Source: a virus (lineage: Duplodnaviria; Caudoviricetes). Taken from it: a stretch of 32,086 bases of DNA. Under the pieces are notes generated by a model. It saw only the letters and a program-made list of their open reading frames with translations, ran no database searches and was not told the origin of the DNA. Below are positions 24,631 through 32,086 of this stretch, piece by piece. A program made the translations under genes and the position numbers. The stretch spans positions 1-32,086 of the IMG/VR virus record IMGVR_UViG_3300032329_000548; one strand, 5' to 3'. Within the stretch, counting starts at the first letter, position 1, and each line of letters begins with the position of its first letter.

Positions 24631-25139
24631 GGCCTACCGCTGACTAGGTTTCTCTTCTTCACCGCAAATCCTTTGACCTCTACGGGTTGGGGTTTTTGTT
24701 CCACACCATCGCGGGGAATGTCACGCCAGGTGGCATATTCAGCCGCTTGCAGATGCCCAGTTTCCCAAGAGATTGCGGCCAGCTCAAACGTCAGCCCAAC
24801 GTGCTCGCCAAGGCGGAAAGCGGTTTCGTCGTCCCAATCGGCTGCGTATAGATCCGCATTTTTTGGAGCTGGTTTAATCGGCACCCAATCAAACGCCAGC
24901 CCGTAGTTGTGATACGATTGCCCCGGCTTGGCCTTGGTCACGATCCGGCCGCCACTCGTCCTGCCTTTAGCAAACAGCGCAGCCTGCTCCTCCATGGTTC
25001 GCCTTCCACAATAGATCAGCGGGGTGATCCTGCTGGCCACCATTTCGTTTAGCCATCCCCTCACCCGCTTTTGGAACTTTTCGTCTAGCGTATCGATGGC
25101 CCGCAAGGTGCGGGCGCTTGCCTCATTGAGGCTGGTCAC
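24615..25139 (-). CDS. Endolysin, peptidase M15 (L-Ala-D-Glu peptidase-like)
   Basis: GRRTMEEQAALFAKGR...VTKAKPGQSYHNYGLAFD...ETGHLQ. Confidence 0.92.
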   Translation of the reverse strand: MTSLNEASARTLRAIDTLDEKFQKRVRGWLNEMVASRITPLIYCGRRTMEEQAALFAKGRTSGGRIVTKAKPGQSYHNYGLAFDWVPIKPAPKNADLYAADWDDETAFRLGEHVGLTFELAAISWETGHLQAAEYATWRDIPRDGVEQKPQPVEVKGFAVKKRNLVSGRPWSSR

Positions 25140-25387
25140 TGATTCCTCGCTCGCTCTCTTTCAGTTTCTGCCAAGCTGTCAGATAACGCCTTGAGCGCCT
25201 GTGCATACAAATCTCGATAAGCCTGCGGGCAGGGTTTGTTTGTTCGTTCCGCTTTGTCCCATGCATAGATGAAATAGCTGATGCTGTCCTGGCTGGGCGG
25301 CGGGCCGTCCTGCGTTTGCGATGTCGTGGCACAACTTGCCAACGCCAGGCTAAGAATCAGTAGGAGGCCGATGCGTCCACCAGGCAT
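25136..25387 (-). CDS. Lipoprotein, o-spanin-like
   Basis: Hydrophobic signal with lipobox LASC; overlaps the upstream TM gene. Confidence 0.6.
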   Translation of the reverse strand: MPGGRIGLLLILSLALASCATTSQTQDGPPPSQDSISYFIYAWDKAERTNKPCPQAYRDLYAQALKALSDSLAETERERARNQ

Positions 25388-25520
25388 TGATGTCCCTTTG
25401 TCTTTTGCGGCGTTCTAACTCAATCGCCTCGAAGTTTCGTTGGAGTGGCGATTTGCGTTTCAGGATCCACAAAACGATTCCGAACAACCCGCCCAGCGCC
25501 GTTAAGATGCCGGCGATCAT
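25350..25520 (-). CDS. i-spanin-like membrane protein (56 aa, not in the ORF track)
   Basis: MIAGILTALGGLFGIVLWILKRKSPLQRNFEAIELERRKRQRDINAWW...; one N-terminal TM plus a helical tail. Confidence 0.55.
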   Translation of the reverse strand: MIAGILTALGGLFGIVLWILKRKSPLQRNFEAIELERRKRQRDINAWWTHRPPTDS

Positions 25521-25526
25521 GGCCGA

Positions 25527-25697
25527 CTACTTTCTGGAAAATCGTGACAAAAACTCAATTATGCGTCCGAGCGTCCGTTCAGGCTCCTCGCCAGGGATAA
25601 ACGCGGCCACGGCAGCAATCGCTCCAAGCAGTGCCGTAACTGCGCCAAGAGCGCCGAGCCAATCAATCTTCAATAGTGCGGGGATGAGTGTTTCCAT
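25527..25697 (-). CDS. Holin-like membrane protein (56 aa, not in the ORF track)
   Basis: METLIPALLKIDWLGALGAVTALLGAIAAVAAFIPGEEPERTLGRIIEFLSRFSRK*; basic C-terminus; TTGACA-N13-ATG upstream. Confidence 0.6.
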   Translation of the reverse strand: METLIPALLKIDWLGALGAVTALLGAIAAVAAFIPGEEPERTLGRIIEFLSRFSRK

Positions 25698-25712
25698 GCC
25701 CCTTGCGCTATG

Positions 25713-25973
25713 TCAAAGGCCGATCCGACGTTTAATTAGTTCCCACGCCATAGAGCAAACTGCCCCGGCTACCAACGCGACTAACCACAGGCGGGTTTTG
25801 ATCGTGTGGGCATCCCGTTCCATCTGCGTGAGACGGCCGTGATACTCGCCTAGGCTGGCTTGTGAGCGTTCTAGCATATCCATAATAACCCCTTGGCGGG
25901 TTTCGATTCTGGCGATGCTCTCACGGACAAGGCTCAATCGTTCCGCAAGCTCTGCCACTTGGTCAGTGCTCAT
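25713..25973 (-). CDS. Coiled-coil protein with C-terminal TM helix (XhlA/holin-associated type)
   Basis: 86 aa; RESIARIETRQ coiled coil; LWLVALVAGAVCSMAW TM. Confidence 0.6.
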   Translation of the reverse strand: MSTDQVAELAERLSLVRESIARIETRQGVIMDMLERSQASLGEYHGRLTQMERDAHTIKTRLWLVALVAGAVCSMAWELIKRRIGL

Positions 25974-26110
25974 ACTTTTTCAGCGCCTTCCGCAATCCGC
26001 ACCCATTCCACCCCGTCCTTATCGATCCAGCGTTCGATAAATCCTTCGGCTTCTAGGTAACGGAGCTGGCTTTGAAGCTCACGCCATTCGGCTGAGTCGA
26101 AGCAGTCCAT
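25970..26110 (-). CDS. Small hypothetical protein (46 aa)
   Basis: MDCFDSAEWRELQSQLRYLEAEGFIERWIDKDGVEWVRIAEGAEKV*; ATGA coupling. Confidence 0.55.
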   Translation of the reverse strand: MDCFDSAEWRELQSQLRYLEAEGFIERWIDKDGVEWVRIAEGAEKV

Positions 26111-26275
26111 TCACTTGGCCTTCCCTGCATCCTCGGCTGCGCTCATGTCGCTATAGCGTGGTAAAACATTGTTGTCCTGTTTAGGAGAGCAAGAAGACAA
26201 AAAAACGCAAAAGATTACGGCAACAAATTCACATTTTTGCTTTTTTGATATTTTTTTGATTGCGCTATTTTTCAT
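26111..26275 (-). CDS. Small lipoprotein
   Basis: MKNSAIKK...VAVIFCVFLSSC lipobox. Confidence 0.45.
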   Translation of the reverse strand: MKNSAIKKISKKQKCEFVAVIFCVFLSSCSPKQDNNVLPRYSDMSAAEDAGKAK

Positions 26276-26288
26276 TTTGCAATTTGTT

Positions 26289-27284
26289 TCAGATTGTTGT
26301 TGTCGTAACACTTCCACTAATTGATCCACTTGGAACATAAAAAGCCGAACTTGTTGGAAATCCTGATCCGCTTACTAAAGTCCATGAGCCATCGTAATTA
26401 TTGTCGTTTGTTGCAATTAATTCTGCCGCATCTGAATATAATTCTCCTGATTGAATAATAAATGAGTTTTGATTCACCCATAGCCCTGAACCTATTCCAT
26501 CCAACAAATAGGTTCCATTTGCTTCCTCTGGACTTGTAAAACCAGAAACAGCAATTTCGTATATGTATGTCTCGATTGGCCACCAGTTTATTCCATCACC
26601 CGATCCAAAACCGCCAGTATTCCCGCCTGCGTTGGTAAACAACTCGAATCTTGGTTCGCCAGCGTTCCAGTTTAGACTATTTCCAGATGGGCCATTAAAA
26701 CCATAAGTATCTACTCTGTTTTCATATTCATTTCCATAACCGGGAACCGAAGAAGCATTATATGTTCCATTAAAGTTTGGCGAGCTTGAGCCTGTAATTA
26801 TAATCCTTGATGCGTAACTATATGAAAATTTACTTACAGAAGTACCAGATGGAGACCATCCCGCGTTTGGGATATAGTTTTCATTAGTTGATGGGTTTGT
26901 CGCTCTCTCCGTAAAAAACCATACATCGTTTTCGTAGTCGTAATCAATTTGACCAATTTTCCACGCTCCAAATGGTGTTCCTAATTGTGCTGAACCATCG
27001 TTTACATCATTCCATGCTTCAGCGTTAGGACTAAATAGAATTGACCCGCCATAGGATCCTCCAAGCACATAACAAGTTCCAGCAATGTTGCTATACAGAC
27101 TTACGCCACCATAATTTATAAGTTCTTGTTGCGGTATTTTCTTTGTAAATACTCCGCTATTTGACTCATAGCTTGGAATTGCGATTGATACGTATGTTGT
27201 GCTCGCAACAGGAATTCCGCTAGGAGCAGCACCGCCCACCGACTTTAAGACCGAACGAAGCCTTAGGCCAAGGCCGAGCCTCAT
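26289..27284 (-). CDS. Modular tail-tip/receptor-binding protein
   Basis: 331 aa, Gly/Ser/Asn/aromatic-rich and AT-rich; repeated I.(V/I).G...NGTY modules. Confidence 0.6.
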   Translation of the reverse strand: MRLGLGLRLRSVLKSVGGAAPSGIPVASTTYVSIAIPSYESNSGVFTKKIPQQELINYGGVSLYSNIAGTCYVLGGSYGGSILFSPNAEAWNDVNDGSAQLGTPFGAWKIGQIDYDYENDVWFFTERATNPSTNENYIPNAGWSPSGTSVSKFSYSYASRIIITGSSSPNFNGTYNASSVPGYGNEYENRVDTYGFNGPSGNSLNWNAGEPRFELFTNAGGNTGGFGSGDGINWWPIETYIYEIAVSGFTSPEEANGTYLLDGIGSGLWVNQNSFIIQSGELYSDAAELIATNDNNYDGSWTLVSGSGFPTSSAFYVPSGSISGSVTTTTI

Positions 27285-27287
27285 TGG

Positions 27288-27557
27288 TTAATATCCCCGC
27301 GTGTAAGCGATGACCTTGCCGGTAGAAAGTGCGAACGCAGTCACGGCCGCAAACACAACGAACCCGGCTGGGAATGTGATGCCGGTCAAGGCGTCGCCAG
27401 TAAGAGCTGTTTGGCTAACTGACGTAAACTGCCCGTCGGAGATGAATTGAATTGCTTGGAAATTGCCAGTGACGGTGGCCGTTGTAGTTGCAACTTTCCC
27501 GCCATACTCACCCACACTAAGCGAAGTATCCTGATTAATTTGTAAATCGTATGCCAT
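27288..27557 (-). CDS. Small virion protein
   Basis: 89 aa, Thr-rich beta sandwich-like, in the tail-tip cluster. Confidence 0.55.
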   Translation of the reverse strand: MAYDLQINQDTSLSVGEYGGKVATTTATVTGNFQAIQFISDGQFTSVSQTALTGDALTGITFPAGFVVFAAVTAFALSTGKVIAYTRGY

Positions 27558-27581
27558 ATAGGATTAAACGTTTGTCAAAAG

Positions 27582-29216
27582 CTAGTAGCCGATGACGGTG
27601 ATGCGGAACGTTGCGGCCGACTGGGTTTTGCCTGAACCAGTTGCATTGACTGCATCTACGTGCACTTGCCCGGCTGTAACTACGTGGCCAAAAAACGTTA
27701 AACCTTCCGAGACGGCTGATGGCACTCCAAGCATAACAACATCGTTTACGGCAGCACCACTGATAGAAACTGTAATTGAGTTGGATGAGTTATTTGCGAC
27801 CGTTCCAAAATTAAGTGAAGTCGTTACTGTCAGTGTTTCAGTCGATTGCGGCAACACGCCATAAGTTGTACCAGAAGCAATCAATCCTAGGTTGATTAGG
27901 CCAGAAACAGCATTGATGTTTGATGGTTGTGCAGTTGGCGTAGTCCCATAAAAACCAACTGGAATATTTTGCACCGCAAGCCCGGTATTCCAGTTCAATA
28001 TTGTATCAAATCCAGAATTGCTTATTAAGTTTCTATTTAAATAATCTATGGAGGCTCCACCAGAAGTATCATATAATTGCCTATTTGTTGCATCAACATT
28101 AGTGCTTGAATCCTCAACAAAAAGAGCGTTTGCCTCAGACTTTGTATAATACGAATCGCGAGCTCCTGGCACCGTGCTACCGGCCGTGATCAAATCCTTC
28201 CGTATGGTAGCTGTACCTTGAAAAATCGTTTTGGGTGTTCCGCCCTGAGTAAGCTCAATTTCAAGAGTTGGCGTAATTGTGTTTTCAGTAGTGTCCGCAA
28301 ACGCATCCTCCACCTCTGCGGTGTTGATGGTGAGTGTGGTTTGACGCATTGGAATGAACTGAATCCCGCTGGCGTCTAGGGTAAGGGCAGTCGTGATGTT
28401 TGTTAATCCGAGGCGGCCGGTAAATCCAATAATATATCCACCCTTGCCATTCTCTTGTACACTAATGTTAGAAGTAACCGTGGTAATTCCGGCAGAGATA
28501 GCGGCTTGTACCGATACAGCCGACTGAAAGAGCGGAATGGCTGTTGTTGCATTTCCTCCCCAAACCAAAGCAAAGGATCCACTGCGAGCCAACGGCCCCA
28601 CAGAAAGCTCATAAGTTTCGTTTTGCGTGGATGATCCGTCCTGCAATTTTGTTAAAGAAATTTCACTGGCGGTCGGAGTGACCGTAAATGTGTCCGCATA
28701 TACGATTGGATTGCGAACCAGCTTAACTACTTGCTGAGCTGCAACGCTGGCTGCCGGATTGCGGCGAGTGCTGATCAGCACTGAGCTGCTTGGGAAAAGC
28801 GTAAATGCATCTGGGCTGAACGACATGGCTGTATTAGGCTGGGTGGCTGTAAGCAAATACGCGCCGTAGGATCCTTGCCCATAAAGTGCCACCGTTGAAA
28901 CGTTGTTTGAGATAGCATTATAGACAGAAATTGCTGTCGCGTTATATGCGATCGCGGAGGAAGTCGTCCCGTTGATCGCAAGCTTAAACGATCCGGCCGA
29001 TGGTGTTTCTTCGATATTTCCAATTCCAGCCTTTAGGCTTGCCCCAGTAAAATCAATATCATCCAGCGATCCGTTTGCCTTTTTCTCAAGCAATCGCAAG
29101 CGGAGCGTATAAGCATCGTTTCTGGTAAGCGTAGGCAACGCCCCGCCAATTACGCTCCCGCCATCGATTAACTGGCCGGAGGATGTGTCGATGTATAGGT
29201 CTAGCGTAGAGGCCAT
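27582..29216 (-). CDS. Tail fiber/baseplate upper protein-like
   Basis: 544 aa, Thr/Ser-rich; two GSF.L...G.TT.AI.Y/F repeats; VGFYGTTPTAQP; YYTKSE. Confidence 0.7.
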   Translation of the reverse strand: MASTLDLYIDTSSGQLIDGGSVIGGALPTLTRNDAYTLRLRLLEKKANGSLDDIDFTGASLKAGIGNIEETPSAGSFKLAINGTTSSAIAYNATAISVYNAISNNVSTVALYGQGSYGAYLLTATQPNTAMSFSPDAFTLFPSSSVLISTRRNPAASVAAQQVVKLVRNPIVYADTFTVTPTASEISLTKLQDGSSTQNETYELSVGPLARSGSFALVWGGNATTAIPLFQSAVSVQAAISAGITTVTSNISVQENGKGGYIIGFTGRLGLTNITTALTLDASGIQFIPMRQTTLTINTAEVEDAFADTTENTITPTLEIELTQGGTPKTIFQGTATIRKDLITAGSTVPGARDSYYTKSEANALFVEDSSTNVDATNRQLYDTSGGASIDYLNRNLISNSGFDTILNWNTGLAVQNIPVGFYGTTPTAQPSNINAVSGLINLGLIASGTTYGVLPQSTETLTVTTSLNFGTVANNSSNSITVSISGAAVNDVVMLGVPSAVSEGLTFFGHVVTAGQVHVDAVNATGSGKTQSAATFRITVIGY

Positions 29217-29232
29217 TTAAGTTGAGCAAGTG

Positions 29233-30180
29233 TCAATTTATTGTAACGCCCATAAGCTGTGTGCTAGTCGCATTCGGATAATTTATTGTTGTATATGTTG
29301 TTCCATCAAAAAACACGCCTGTATATGAAGGAGGATTATCAAGTCTATTTCCAACTATATAAGAACCTTGTATATCAAAAGCCCTATCCATATTTAATAA
29401 AGTAAAGTTTGATCCATCATATAGCCAAACACCTGAACTCGAGTCGCCAACTACACTTAAGCCATCAATCCCCCTCAAAACAGTGTTATTATCATTTCCA
29501 TATTTAAATTGAGAAAAAGATGAGCCATCATAAATCCAGCCGATTGACCCACTTCCAACATTATGATAACCAACAACTTTTTCTCCACTAATACCGTATG
29601 CAAAAGTACCCCCGCTTGTTCCATCTGGATAAATTAAATCTTTGAAGCTATTTCCATCATATATCCAAGAGAAGAATCTTTGAGTACGATTCACATCTAA
29701 AGCTACTCCACAAACTTTTCCTCCGCTTACCCCAAAGGCTTGGGTGTTTGTTAATCCCGGATATATTATATCAGTAAATGTCGATCCATCATAAATAAAT
29801 CCTTTAGTAATGTTTCCAACAGTTACTCTTCCAACAATATTATTTCCGTCAATATCCTCAACCAGTGTAGATTGTGCTCCCGGATAACTTATGTCCGTGA
29901 AAGCTGACCCATCATAAACGAATGAAGCAGAATTTGTTTGCCCAACTATTTTGTATTTTTTATTTAATGGTTGCGTTGGCGTTGCCCCACCCGCCACTGG
30001 TTGTAAATAGCTTACTCTTGTGCCATCATAATGCGGCTCGACATACATTCCGTTTCCAGCCGTAAGTTTATATTGTCGCAAAAGATCGGCGGCATATTCC
30101 GTGCGATTGATGATGCCATTAACCAGATCGGTTGTAAGCCTTGTCCCGCTGGCCACCTTGGACAACCGAGGCCGGATCAT
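29233..30180 (-). CDS. Tail protein: N-terminal adaptor plus YDGS beta-propeller-like repeats
   Basis: About 6 repeats of (F/W)(I/V/L)YDGS.F....YPG...T..(G/D)I.G..(I/V)VG. Confidence 0.65.
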   Translation of the reverse strand: MIRPRLSKVASGTRLTTDLVNGIINRTEYAADLLRQYKLTAGNGMYVEPHYDGTRVSYLQPVAGGATPTQPLNKKYKIVGQTNSASFVYDGSAFTDISYPGAQSTLVEDIDGNNIVGRVTVGNITKGFIYDGSTFTDIIYPGLTNTQAFGVSGGKVCGVALDVNRTQRFFSWIYDGNSFKDLIYPDGTSGGTFAYGISGEKVVGYHNVGSGSIGWIYDGSSFSQFKYGNDNNTVLRGIDGLSVVGDSSSGVWLYDGSNFTLLNMDRAFDIQGSYIVGNRLDNPPSYTGVFFDGTTYTTINYPNATSTQLMGVTIN

Positions 30181-30404
30181 TGTGTAACGGCGTTAATAAC
30201 CGCACCTTGAGCCGTAAAGTTTATCTGAATGTTGTTCCCCGGTACTGGCTTTTGATTCTGTGCGACTAAAACTAAATCTTCAATACGATCAATAATGGTA
30301 TTGATGTAGTCAGACGATATGCCGACACCATTTGGACTAGTCCTTATTGTGCGTAAAGGCTGACTTTTTCCCGGCAGTTTTGGCGGTGAAGGATTTTCAG
30401 CCAT
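30177..30404 (-). CDS. Small tail adaptor protein, paralogous to the N-terminus of 29233..30180
   Basis: SDYINTIIDRIED...PGNNIQIN..QGAVIN compared with TDLVNGIINRTEY...AGNGMYVE..DGTRVS. Confidence 0.55.
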   Translation of the reverse strand: MAENPSPPKLPGKSQPLRTIRTSPNGVGISSDYINTIIDRIEDLVLVAQNQKPVPGNNIQINFTAQGAVINAVTQ

Positions 30405-30407
30405 AAC

Positions 30408-31235
30408 CTAGAATGAGTAGTTTACATCAGAAAATGAGTTTACATTCGCAAAGTTAATAGTTCCATCAGTCTGATAAAATATATCTGTTCCCTTAAAATA
30501 TTCCGTAAACTGCTCCTCAATCTGATTAAATAATCCCCTTCGCTGAAAACTGATTGCGGATTGAACATATCCAGCGTAAATCCACTCATTAGAAGGAGCG
30601 TAGTTAATTATTGGAGGTTGAGCTATTCCTCCGATTCCCACTGGATTTGCCTTTAAATATGATTGATATTGTGCTGTTGCTATTGCTTGATTTTCTATTA
30701 CATTTTTTGTTCTGCGATATTCTCTTGCTCTAGGGTTCGGAGGCATTGTTGTTCCATTGATTGCACTAGGCATAAGCCTTTTGGTTGGAAGAGTTAGGCT
30801 TGTGCCCCCAAGATTAAGCGAAATATTTCCACCTTTTAGCGTATCAAACAGCGAGTCCTGCGTGATATACTTAACTACGACTGCTGCATCAGCTCCAAAC
30901 ACGCCAACCCCGGGCTGCCCAACGGCTGTTATATACGCTTTTGGCAGGCCAGAGGCTGTATCCAGACCAACGTAGGTCACGCTCAGATCCGCAAGATCAC
31001 CATCGATCGGGTTCACGGCCGTCGTTTCCACTAGCATCCTTGTATATTTTGCAGTGGCCGTAGAAAAAGCGCTGTGCGTTGTCCCAGAGTCAGGCTCCAA
31101 AGACGCTATATCCGCAAGGCGAATGGTGTAGTTTTCGACAAGAGTGACCAATCCGTCCACGGACGTCGACCTAGTCGACTTGCGGAGGATCTTGCCACCC
31201 GCATTTAGCGTCGTGTTGACTATACTAGCGGCCAT
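30408..31235 (-). CDS. Tail protein following the tape measure (distal tail/hub position)
   Basis: 275 aa immediately after the TMP. Confidence 0.6.
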   Translation of the reverse strand: MAASIVNTTLNAGGKILRKSTRSTSVDGLVTLVENYTIRLADIASLEPDSGTTHSAFSTATAKYTRMLVETTAVNPIDGDLADLSVTYVGLDTASGLPKAYITAVGQPGVGVFGADAAVVVKYITQDSLFDTLKGGNISLNLGGTSLTLPTKRLMPSAINGTTMPPNPRAREYRRTKNVIENQAIATAQYQSYLKANPVGIGGIAQPPIINYAPSNEWIYAGYVQSAISFQRRGLFNQIEEQFTEYFKGTDIFYQTDGTINFANVNSFSDVNYSF

Positions 31236-31236
31236 A

Positions 31237-31963
31237 TCAATAAGCCGATTTCAGAATCGGCACTCCAAGTTTGTCGTCGATTTTGTTTAAGATATTTGAA
31301 ACGATTTTCTGCATAGTATCAAAGCTGTTCAGGAGATCAGTGTTTTGTTGCCTCATCAAATCGCCCTCGGTTTGCGTAAGAGCATTGATCTTCTCATTGT
31401 CCCTAAAGCTACGGCGTTCACCTGGCGTTGCACCTAGCCCGGAAATCAGCGACACGTCCGTCTGCCGTTGCTGTTGCTGCCTTTGAATATCAATCTGGCG
31501 AACTAGGCCGCCCATGCCCAACCGTTCAGCGGAGGCTCTGGCACGATCCAAGATGGTGCCGGACGCTTCCATCCCACGCATGACCAGCTCGCGGTTCCTC
31601 ATGGCTGTTTCTTTTTCCAGTTCCAATACTCGCTTTTTTTCGTCACGGGCAAACTCCGCATCCCTTACCATGCGATCAAAAATCGTCTTTTCCCTGTTTT
31701 CTTTCAGGCGTGCTTCTTCTTGTATGCCGTAGATTTCCTCATCATATAGGCTTTTATCTAGTTTGCGTTTTTCATCCGCCACTATTTTTGTTGAATCTTG
31801 CTCATCGATAGATATGGATGGCGCTGGTTTTGCTTCTCTTGCCTTAGGTTGAAGCGAGGCAACATGAGATAAAGATGCTGACTTTAATATCTCAGCGGCT
31901 CCCTTTGCATTTCCAGAAAATGCTTCCTTTATTGCAAAACCAACCATCGTGATTTCTTCTGAG
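31237..31963 (-). CDS. Tail tape measure protein, C-terminal part
   Basis: In frame with 692..1 across the circular junction; charged coiled coil. Confidence 0.85.
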
Positions 31964-32086
31964 AATTGCTGAAAACTTAAAATGACTGGATTTATATACG
32001 AGGCAAGTTGACCAAAAATTTTGGTGAAAGTGTTTTGGAATATTTTTAAAGAATCCGACGCATCTGCAAGGCTTTGTATTTCCTCA
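31964..32086. repeat. Terminal direct repeat, copy 2
   Basis: Identical to 1-123. Confidence 0.97.

Noticed and set aside
29847-29852. TTGACG inside the propeller gene as a further late motif
   Set aside because: No ATG 13-16 nt downstream; likewise TTGACG at 22775-22780 fits a normal -35 box
31964-32086. 123-bp terminal repeat as a biological DTR
   Set aside because: It falls in the middle of the tape-measure gene, far from the terminase/packaging region; most simply an assembler circular overlap

Overview
The window is an apparently complete, circularly permuted temperate tailed-phage genome of about 31,963 bp. Bases 31964-32086 duplicate bases 1-123, and the tape-measure gene reads through the junction. 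Almost all genes lie on the minus strand. Their order is: two divergent ribbon-helix-helix (RHH) regulators, a xis-like gene, an antisense tyrosine integrase and a tRNA-Ser-type attP; early genes (nucleases, SSB-like, 3D-domain, wHTH); a primase-helicase with an iteron/palindrome origin; an HTH regulator; lambda-type terminase and portal; protease/scaffold and major capsid; a glycosyltransferase-methyltransferase-glycosyltransferase cassette; tail genes with a -1 frameshift chaperone and a short tape measure; variable tail-tip genes; lysis genes; and a MazG-like/metallophosphoesterase/HTH trio. The most striking unexplained signal concerns TTGACA. Every copy I found by eye (8, all on the minus strand and all in the late region) sits 13-16 nt upstream of an in-frame ATG, including two starts hidden inside genes. 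This suggests a non-canonical late-gene expression signal, possibly read by the phage sigma4-like HTH protein. The host is unknown. Functional calls come from motif recognition only; no database searches were run.
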